Position numbers and translations under genes: made by a program. Shown piece by piece: positions 8,563-17,200 of a stretch of 20,000 nucleotides of DNA. The stretch's first letter is position 1. Every line of letters begins with the position of its first letter. The notes beneath the pieces are model-generated. The model was not told the DNA's origin and ran no database searches. It worked only from the letters and a program-made list of their open reading frames with translations. Source of the DNA: Craspedostauros australis (lineage: Eukaryota); NCBI GenBank assembly GCA_030167865.1, contig JALAGF010003286.1:106607-126606 (forward strand). The letters are read 5' to 3'.

Positions 8563-9306
8563 TCACAGAAAGGGAATCGGGCCGCTGCCGCCATCGGGAT
8601 AGACGGTCTTGTAGGCCGCGTAGTACTTGGGCGCGACGATGCCGACAAAGCCAATGAGGAATCCCGCCAGCAGCGTGAGGACGGTCTCGAAGCCCGCCTC
8701 GGCCTGCGCCACGGAGTAGGCCCGCATCTCTAGGTACTTCTCGGAGCGCTCCTGGTCGGACAGGAAGAGATCGACCTCGACCTCGGCCTCCTGCGCGGAA
8801 ATGCCCTGGTCGAGGTACTTCTGGATGAGCTCTTGTCGCACTTCGAGCATCATTTTGCTGTCTAATATCTCCTTCCAGGATGGCTCGCTGGTTGTGGTCG
8901 CGGCCACGCTGGTTGTGGCATCCTCGTTGCTGCTGCTGCTGCTATTTCCATTGCTGTTGCCATTGCCGTTCGCGACGTTGTCCTCATCGATGTTGGAGGT
9001 CATGACTCGCAGCGTCTGCATGCTGTGAACGCGTTGCTGCTGCTGTTGGTTGCTGTTGCTGTTGATCATGTTGTTGATCACGTTGCTGCTGCTGCTGTGG
9101 ATGAAGCTGCGCGATGGACGCACTTGCGGAGTGACCAGCGCATCCGCAGTGAAAGAGCGCTGCGGCTGCAGGCACAGACCCAAGCACAGCACTGCGAGGC
9201 ATGCTGCTGGAGCTATTCTGCGTGCGGGGGTGCGTCTGGATGCTGTCATTGTCGCCGTCTTTGTGGGTGTTGCCGTCATTGCCAGGGTCTTCTCTTCGCT
9301 TCTCAT
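8563..9306 (-). CDS. Hypothetical protein, probably plastid-targeted, with a single C-terminal transmembrane helix
   Basis: 247-aa ORF: hydrophobic signal-like stretch (AACLAVLCLGLCL...ADA-L), S/N/Q-rich transit-like region, helical acidic core (EVRQELIQKYLDQGISAQEAEVEVDLFLSDQERSEKYLEMR), TM segment (VLTLLAGFLIGFVGIVA). GC3-rich codons in the core and a C/A-rich leader. The start could be a downstream Met. Confidence 0.8.
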   Translation of the reverse strand: MRSEEKTLAMTATPTKTATMTASRRTPARRIAPAACLAVLCLGLCLQPQRSFTADALVTPQVRPSRSFIHSSSSNVINNMINSNSNQQQQQRVHSMQTLRVMTSNIDEDNVANGNGNSNGNSSSSSNEDATTSVAATTTSEPSWKEILDSKMMLEVRQELIQKYLDQGISAQEAEVEVDLFLSDQERSEKYLEMRAYSVAQAEAGFETVLTLLAGFLIGFVGIVAPKYYAAYKTVYPDGGSGPIPFL

Positions 9307-9551
9307 TGATGTCAGGTTGCTTGTCAGGTTGGTTGTTGGTGTATTAGTATGGCAGGGTGTTGTTTGAGTATCTGTGGACTGGTTCGGCTTGGTTGGAGTA
9401 CCCTGTTCTGCTCTGCTCTGCTCTACTTCAGACTATTGGTATTGTAGTTGCGCTTGTTGTGGTTCTTGTTGTCAGATTGCTGTACGAATGCCATACAACG
9501 ACGAGTATCAATGCCGTCAGTGTGCGAGTAAGAACTCTTTGCTTTGCTCAG

Positions 9552-9595
9552 GTTGTTGTTGTTGTTGCTGTTGTTGTTGTTGTTGCTGTTGTTGT
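9552..9595. repeat. Imperfect (GTT/GCT)n microsatellite
   Basis: About 14 trinucleotide units read directly; gives the spurious poly-V, poly-C and poly-N ORFs in the track. Confidence 0.92.
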
Positions 9596-10319
9596 AGGTT
9601 GCCGTATCAGCAGCACAGGAGAAGGATGATGAAGATGCCCAATCTTTCTTCCTCTCTCTCTTTGCACTTTCCTTTGTTTGACAGCTGTCTCTGCTCACAG
9701 CGATTCGACTGATGTGCTTGTCACTCCTGTCGTGGTCTTTGTTCCTGTTCTTGCTTCCGCATCCATCACGAAGCAGAACTTGTGATGTCTTCTCTTGTTT
9801 GACACCTGCCTGTTGGCCGCAAGATCTCTTCAACACTGTGGCGCGGTATTGTGGTCGTTCTAGTCCAAAGAATATAACCGTTTATTAACGTCTCTAGGTC
9901 GATCTCTTCCATCAAATCGTGTTGGCGACATTCTAATCGACAAGAGTGTAGACATCCAAAGTGTCAAGAAGGCTTCGGACGAATGGGATCTCCATCAACA
10001 ACGGCGACAGCAGTGACAACAAATGATGGTCATGGTCTGGGCAGTTCCCCCTCTCCACCCCCTGATTCATTCGTACAGAACATCCAGGCATGCATGCCAT
10101 CGATTGCCCGCCACATGGCATCCACAGCGGATGAGCACGATGTCGACATGCCTAATCCAACAATGGTGTACAGCGTTGATTGTCCAAGTGTAACAATAAT
10201 CGTACTCTACTTCTAATGAATTCAAAATCTGTGTATTGGAGAGCATGCCGCGGCTGTGCTCCTTTCTTCATCGTCCGACTTGAGCGTCCTCTCTCGCGAA
10301 TGTCATGAGCTTGACGTCA

Positions 10320-10544
10320 TCACGGCTCTTCCGCAATGCCCGCGGCCTTGGCCAATTCTTCGGAGATCTTTTCGATCATGGGATCATGCGTCAAGTCTGC
10401 CAGCTGCGCCCAGCGATCTGCGATGACGCTTGGATCGGCGGATGCGTCGATCTGCACTGTCGGTTCGGGCGCGGCAGCCGCCATCGATGCCACGTGACGT
10501 CGCAGCATGCGGAAACTGTGTTGGCTTCTCACGATGGTGTTCAT
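10320..10544 (-). CDS. Candidate 74-aa small protein with a mitochondrial-presequence-like N-terminus
   Basis: First ~25 aa are Arg/Ser/Ala-rich with no acidic residue (MNTIVRSQHSFRMLRRHVASMAAAA); the rest is acidic and helical. The ORF is a GC-rich island in lower-GC flanks and its ATG follows a C/A-rich leader (acaaacacaaacacacgaca) like neighbouring genes. Confidence 0.55.
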   Translation of the reverse strand: MNTIVRSQHSFRMLRRHVASMAAAAPEPTVQIDASADPSVIADRWAQLADLTHDPMIEKISEELAKAAGIAEEP

Positions 10545-11245
10545 TGTCGTGTGTTTGTGTTTGTGTTGCGTTGTTGAGATGGTGCTTCGTTGTGATTGTG
10601 AATCAGCGATGTCAGATGGCGAACCTGGCGCGTTCTCGTTTTATGAGGAAGATCTGTGATGTGTGTTGCCTCGTGCAGTGTTGACGGCGTCTTTTGTGTG
10701 CACTTTGGCTTTCTCGCTCGTTGATGTGTGGTGTTCTTTGGCACAGAACAGTGTGTCATGTTTCAACTTCTGGTTCGTCGTCGGATGTAAGTTAGTGTGA
10801 AAATTTGATTACTATTTCAATACGGCAGAACGATATGAAGTTACTTTTCTATTCGCGGGTTTACGATGTAATTAAAAATTGCCGCAACTCCGTAAACACC
10901 ATCAAGCAAAGTTCTTGTCGCGCACGTGTCCATCCCAAGAGGCGACATCATGCTTCTCCACCAGTCTCGCAGGGATGTCCGAGATTGATTCATTCGTTTC
11001 ATTCAGCATATTGCCAAACACACACGAGTATAGTACTACACATCAGTTGGTATTGGGATAGAGCATGCTGTGAACAGCAGCTTGCTCCCTGTTCACTCCT
11101 ACATTCTTCCGCACTCTCTTGCACTAACGCAATTGGAAACAAACATGTGACTTCTCTCGAGTTGCTGTTCGTTCCCCTTGTTTCTTCTGGACCAAGAATG
11201 ATGAGCTGGAGATGAATCCAAGAAGTCTTTCGAGAGAGTTGGAAC

Positions 11246-11280
11246 ATATGGCATGATATGTTATGACATGATATGGAATG
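11246..11280. repeat. Degenerate pentamer repeat (NNATG)7
   Basis: atatg gcatg atatg ttatg acatg atatg gaatg read directly. Confidence 0.7.
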
Positions 11281-11290
11281 GTCTGGCACT

Positions 11291-11530
11291 TCACTCCTCT
11301 TCTTCAGCAGCACCGTCCGTCTCAATCATTTTGGATGAGTTGGTACTCACAGAGCGGACGAAGTCCACCAATGTTGTTCGATCTATGTATGAATCCATTT
11401 GTGCTGTCCCCTCGTCTTCACCCACAACCTTGTACAGCTCCACCATGGACATGTGGCTGTACTCATCATCGATACCATCACTCTCCATTCTCCCACTGCA
11501 GAGGACATGGATGCCTCCCATCAGTTTATA
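11291..11530 (-). pseudogene. Possible 3' fragment of a host ORF cut by the retrotransposon insertion
   Basis: Open frame YKLMGGIHVLCSGRMESDGIDDEY...TDGAAEEEE* with protein-like acidic composition, running up to the inferred 5' boundary of the element. No family recognised. Confidence 0.3.
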
Positions 11531-11617
11531 GGTTCGGAACTCCGACAACTCGAACAGCACACAAATAAAATCTAAATCAGTACCAAAAAGACAGCAAACA
11601 ACACGAAAGTCATCACG

Positions 11618-14230
11618 ATGTCAAGCAACGAACCGACCATGGCGGACCTCGAAAAAGGGCCACCTTCCAGCCGCAACAACGGCGATACGGAGCAGCCTCC
11701 ACACAGTATCCCCCATGCTCAGGAACCACCTCATCGCACCAGTGTCACAGCCAAAAGAGCGGAGGCAAACGGTGGAGTAATGGTTGAACTGGCTCCCGAA
11801 GAGTTCACCACCGAGTACAAGCCCAGAACAAGCACGTGGAAAACGACGCTGAGGAAATACGGCGACAACATCGAGCCGTTCGCGACAGCCTCTGGTGCCC
11901 ATTCTATTGACTACATGGCAGGACAGATGTGGAGCGCCAGAGCCAAATGGTACGGCAAAGACGAGACGGAGGCAACAGCCGCAAACCCCTCAGTCAAGGA
12001 TTGGGAACTGTTTTTCCGGCGAGTTCTCAATGGGCGACACACGCAGTACGGCCCGATGAGTCTCCCGTCCGACGACCCAAGGCGCAAGCGAGTGTGCATG
12101 GCGATCATGCGGATGGCGTCCACCGATCCACGGAAAGTCTTCCAGGTCAAGCCAAGTGGGGGCGTCAGCTCCAGATCCAGGCCAGCCAGAGCTTGGGAGG
12201 CAGCGCGTAGGGTGCTGGGCACCAACTACGACGTGGGAACGGCCCCAGATCTCTCCGTCACAAGCCTTACTGACAGTGAGGATGAAGAACGGGACCCAGA
12301 CAACGTGCCAAAGCTGCCAGTCATGGCAGGCCAAGATGCATCCAAAGGATCCCCAGGCGGCCCCAACCCGGCCAAACGGTCCAAGATCTCGAAATCTCCG
12401 AATCGCAGCACATCAGTGCTGGGCACAAGCACCAACAGATTCGCGGCACTAGCGGGCGAAGAGCCAGAAACGCAGCCGGAGCCAACCAGTGACGTGCCAA
12501 TGCAACTGAACGATGAAGGCTCCAAACAACCCCCGCAACCAGCGGCGCACGCACCAACAGCCCCTGCCCCAAGCGGCAGCCGGAAGACGGCAGCACGACG
12601 CGCAGGCGTCACGTTCAGCCAGGTGGCCTCCACAATTGCCATGGACGACCAGTCCTCGGAATCCGACACAAGCCAAATCCTGATCGGGCTGCCCAGCCTC
12701 CAGCACACCACCAGGTTCATGTTCAAGATCAAGGCTGACCAAACTGAGCCTGACACCACCAAAGCACTCCGTGACAGAATTGTGGCATGGTTCCGGCAGG
12801 TCAGAATTGTTGATCCATCGGCCATCATCCTGCCGTGGAAAGATACACTCGACGAGCGTCGGTACATCCAGCACGTGGGTCAAATCCCAGTGGAACTACA
12901 GGATCTCCGCGTGTTCTTCAAAGGCATTCGAGCATCCACGATGGACAGTGGCCTGGCATATACCAACGTCAGAATCACAACAGACATGCACCCCACCAAC
13001 ATCACTGCGGAAAGAGATGCGGAGATGAATCCGTACTACTACAAGCACCAGGAAGGACTGTACATCAGCATGCTACAGGTCGAGAGTACCAAGGAGATCG
13101 GGTTCCTGCTATATTCTGGAGGCTTCAACGATGTCAAGGGCACCATGGAGCTACTCAACCGCGAGTTCCGCAGACGCCACAAGAACACCAGAGTCGGCGG
13201 GAAGCTCAAAAACATAGTCATGGTGTGCGACAGCACAAGAGAAGCCTACAAGAACAGCGGCAAGCATTGGACGATGCAGCCCTGGCGTGCTATCAAGGTC
13301 GAAACGGAGAGTTCGCAAGCAGCCATCGCGGTGGAGCGAATGTGTGCGCTCCTCAACGAAGACGACAACCGGCCAGCAGGGCTCCGCCTCCGGTTCCTTC
13401 CGGAAGCCAGGTACGAGCAGATGACGGAGAAGAAGCGACGGCACCGTACAAACCTGGTGCAAAAACATCAGGCAGTGCTGTCGAGTCTCAAGTACGTGGA
13501 CACGGCGGGGGTCACCAAGCTGGACGACCCAGTTCATGGGGACAACCGGGAGCACGTCACGCTCCGGTCCCATATAATGAGCATGCGGGATGATCAAGGA
13601 CGGCCGATCTTTCAAAGCCTTGACATGGCACGTGCACATGACGACCAGCTCATTGGCCACGTGTTTGAGGAGAACATGGCCCAAGCCTCTGCCATCATGA
13701 GCCTCCTGCCAGCCGTTGCGCGCATTCAGCTGGGCACCAAGACAGAGAAGTGGTTCAGCGTCGATGCGTGGCATGCAAATCTCAACGTCACGTATGACAG
13801 CACGACTAAAGAATACAATGCGCCAGACCACAGCAACCTCGAGCACCTCCTTGAGGAGGAGTTTCCGGCGAGTGTGGTCATCACCAATCTACCACCAGAC
13901 CTTGCCTCCGTGGAGAATCACCGACCGGCAGCGCTCGACTACAGAAGCCTGTTTGGTTCAGGAACTACGGTGGGATCCCACATGACCATGAACTCCGCAG
14001 TGACAGGAGTTCCCGGCTCAGGCGACGCAGCGTCCATCGCGACAACAGACTCCGAGAAACGCAGGGAGGCCACTAGAGCAGCGGCGCGAGAGCAGGAACG
14101 ACAAAGAAAGGAGTCCCTCAACCAGGCCAGGCTCGAAATTCAGCGCGCGGAGATCGACAAGCTACGCAAGGAGCTCGACGCCCAGCGCAGCAACGCCAAC
14201 CCCGGGGCCGGGGCTCTCCCGCAATGTTAG
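11618..14230 (+). CDS. Retrotransposon ORF1 protein (870 aa; putative RNA-binding/chaperone)
   Basis: Long intact ORF directly upstream of and overlapping the RT ORF. It has a P/S/E-rich disordered linker with NRFAAL, a central alpha/beta-like region and a C-terminal charged coiled coil (EKRREATRAAAREQERQRKESLNQARLEIQRAEIDKLRKELDAQR). Confidence 0.88.
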   Translation: MSSNEPTMADLEKGPPSSRNNGDTEQPPHSIPHAQEPPHRTSVTAKRAEANGGVMVELAPEEFTTEYKPRTSTWKTTLRKYGDNIEPFATASGAHSIDYMAGQMWSARAKWYGKDETEATAANPSVKDWELFFRRVLNGRHTQYGPMSLPSDDPRRKRVCMAIMRMASTDPRKVFQVKPSGGVSSRSRPARAWEAARRVLGTNYDVGTAPDLSVTSLTDSEDEERDPDNVPKLPVMAGQDASKGSPGGPNPAKRSKISKSPNRSTSVLGTSTNRFAALAGEEPETQPEPTSDVPMQLNDEGSKQPPQPAAHAPTAPAPSGSRKTAARRAGVTFSQVASTIAMDDQSSESDTSQILIGLPSLQHTTRFMFKIKADQTEPDTTKALRDRIVAWFRQVRIVDPSAIILPWKDTLDERRYIQHVGQIPVELQDLRVFFKGIRASTMDSGLAYTNVRITTDMHPTNITAERDAEMNPYYYKHQEGLYISMLQVESTKEIGFLLYSGGFNDVKGTMELLNREFRRRHKNTRVGGKLKNIVMVCDSTREAYKNSGKHWTMQPWRAIKVETESSQAAIAVERMCALLNEDDNRPAGLRLRFLPEARYEQMTEKKRRHRTNLVQKHQAVLSSLKYVDTAGVTKLDDPVHGDNREHVTLRSHIMSMRDDQGRPIFQSLDMARAHDDQLIGHVFEENMAQASAIMSLLPAVARIQLGTKTEKWFSVDAWHANLNVTYDSTTKEYNAPDHSNLEHLLEEEFPASVVITNLPPDLASVENHRPAALDYRSLFGSGTTVGSHMTMNSAVTGVPGSGDAASIATTDSEKRREATRAAAREQERQRKESLNQARLEIQRAEIDKLRKELDAQRSNANPGAGALPQC

Positions 14231-17200
14231 CAAGCACTGCAAGCCGCGCGCAGTCCGGCCGGCAGAGCAACAGGCAAGACAACACCGATCGATCAGGCAC
14301 GGAAGAGGTGATCGATCAATTCGCCTCCATAGGTGGGGACACCCAAAACATCGTCCCAGGTCACATTCGGGTCGCAGCGCTCAACCTCGGCGGCCTACCC
14401 ATGGACGAGACCGACCCCAAGTATCAGGACCTCTGGGAGACAATCCGCAAGTACAACGTCGACGTCATGCTCCTAACCGAGGTTGGTATCAACTGGAGCA
14501 AGGTGCCGCGGCACAAACGGCTCCACGAAATCGTCCAGCAGAACGTACCCCAGTCACGCACCGTCACGTCGCACAATCAGTCCAACCCGATGCGGGTGAG
14601 GCAGTGGGGTGGGACAGCAATCCTTATCAAAGGCAGCACCCGAGGCCGCATATTGACAAGCGAGAAAGACACCCACCAATGGGGCAGATGGGTCAGCGTG
14701 CTTCTACAGGGCAAAGGCCACATCAAGGTGCGGCTGGTGGCTACCTACGTAGCAAACCGGTCAACCAAAACCCCAGGAACGGTGTACAACCAACAGGCGT
14801 CCAATGCGGCTGCAGTGGGCATCGACGCGGATCCCATCGACCTCCACCTGAGTGAGTTGCAAAGCCAGCTTCATCAATGGCGTCAAGCGGGTGAGACGAT
14901 CATCCTGGGTGGCGATGTCAATATGGACGTGAGGAAGTCCCGAGTGAGTGCGATGTTGGCTGACGAAGGAATGACAGAGGCACTTTCCACGCAGCACCCA
15001 CAGTCAGCAGCCACCCACATTCGGAACCGCAGCAACGTACAGATCGATGGCATCTGGTCCACTCCGGAGGCGATGGCTACTCAATCAGGGGCCACACCAT
15101 TCGGTCCGTGGGACCATCGCATGGTATGGGTGGACTACGCAACCCAACAGCTCATGGGCAGAGGCCGCAGTCCAACACAACCATTCCGCGGTCGCAGGCT
15201 TCAGCTGCAAAGGCCGGCCACGGTCAGCCGGTATCTCGACTCGTACGCCGAAGCGGCTCGACAGAGCAGGTTGCTGGAGCGCGCCAACGCGCTGGAGCGG
15301 GAGGTGACAGGGGCGCCCCTCACCCAGGAGCAAGCGAGAGCAATCGAGGACATTGATGCGGATCGCACGAAGGCTATGCTCAAAGCAGAGCGATCGTGCC
15401 GCAAAATCCGAGTGGGAAACGTCCCGTACTCGCCACTGGTGAACCGCATTCAGAAAGCCCATCAGTTCTGGACCGAGTCCCTGCGGCGAAGGTCGGGCCA
15501 CCAGGTCAAAGGATCCACCATCGACAGGCTGAAGAAGAAGGCGCACCTGGAGCACGTCCGCACCCGTGACATGAGCACGGCAGACATGACAGTCGAGCGA
15601 AACAAGACGTGGCGTCAGCTCAAGAAGGAGAAACGGCTGGCGGCGCAACACCGAGTCGATTTCCTCCGAGCGAATGAGGGATTCATCCAAGAAGGTGGCG
15701 GGGATCCCCTAAAATACAGGAAGCAGATGGCCGAACGGGAGGAGACCCGTGCGACGTTCAGACGCATCAAGCAAGCTCTGGCAGGCACGGCCAGCGACTC
15801 ACAGGTCAGCATGGTCGTCCACGACGGGCCAGGCGGCAGCGGGGAGATTCTCACAGACTCCGAAGAGGTAGCAGGAGCATGCTGTGCGACGAACATCGCC
15901 AAATACCAACAAGCGTGGTCCTCCGAACTGTGCCAGCCAGGCCTGAGCCAACTCGTGGGCAAGTACGGCACGACCGCGGGCGCCGACGCCATCATCATGG
16001 GGCTGGTGCCGACACAAGTCCAGCACGGCACGTCAGAGCTTCTCATAGCTCTCCAGCAGTCGCCTCGAGTCACTCCGTGGCGCCCGTCCGACACCGTCAT
16101 CTCCACGGAGTGCCACACAGACGGGTGGCGGAAGATCAAGGAGCGCACGTCTTCCGGTCCGTCCGGCATTCATTTTGGTTGTTGGAAGGCGAACACAAGG
16201 CGCCCAGAGCTGGCGGCCATCGACGCGATCATGCGGTCGATTCCGTACTGCACAGGCTACAGTCTGCGGAGGTGGCAACAGTGCACCGACATTCAGTTGC
16301 GCAAGCAGCCAGGAAATCTGTCTGTCACCAAGACCCGCACGATAGGGCTAATGGAAGGGGACTTCAATATGAACACCAGGCAGCTTGGCCGGGCTGCCAG
16401 GGGCCACGCTGAGCTCACTGGGACCATTGCCGAGGACCAATACGGCAGCCGCCAGAACCATACCGCTCAGGAGGTGCTCGCCAACGTCTGCATGGCGGAC
16501 GACATTATGAGGATCTCTGGGAGAGCGACGGCGGTATGCTCCAACGATGCCAAAGGGTGTTACGACCGCATCTCACACCCCGCGTTCGGCATGGCCATGC
16601 GCCGCCAAGGCGTCCCCAAAGCTCCCATTGAAAGCGTGCTGCGCACACTGCAGCGCATGGAGCATCGCATCAGCATGGGGTCAGGTGTATCCAATACCAG
16701 CTATTCGGGTGCAGGTCTCTCCAACCCGATCCAAGGCCTCGTCCAAGGCCTGGGAGCTGCCCCCACGGGATGGCTCATGATCAGCTCGGCGCTGATCGAG
16801 CGAATGCAGAACAAAGGCTATGGGTTCCAGTACGGCGAGACGGGCCAAAGGGAGCACCGGGTGGTCTGCTTCGCATATGTGGACGACACCAATCTCGTTC
16901 ACTCGCTCGAGAGTTCCGACGCAGCATCGCAGTCACGCGAGTTCCAACACATGGTTTCCTTGTGGGAGAACATGCTCTCCGCTTCAGGAGGCTGCCTGGC
17001 ACCTGAGAAAAGCTTCTGGCAGCTTGTCCGCTTCCGGTGGGGCAACTACAGATGGCAATACGACAGGCGAACCCAGCCCCAAGACATAACAATGCGGGGC
17101 GACGGCGAGCAAGGGCAGGTTCTCCAACACAAGCCAGTGGACGAGGCCAGCAAATACCTTGGAATGATGTCGCGCCGTGACGGCAACCAGAGGGAGCACG

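Noticed and set aside
9357-9836. ORFs with poly-Cys, poly-Val or poly-Asn
   Set aside because: They are translations of the (GTT)n microsatellite in an intergenic region.
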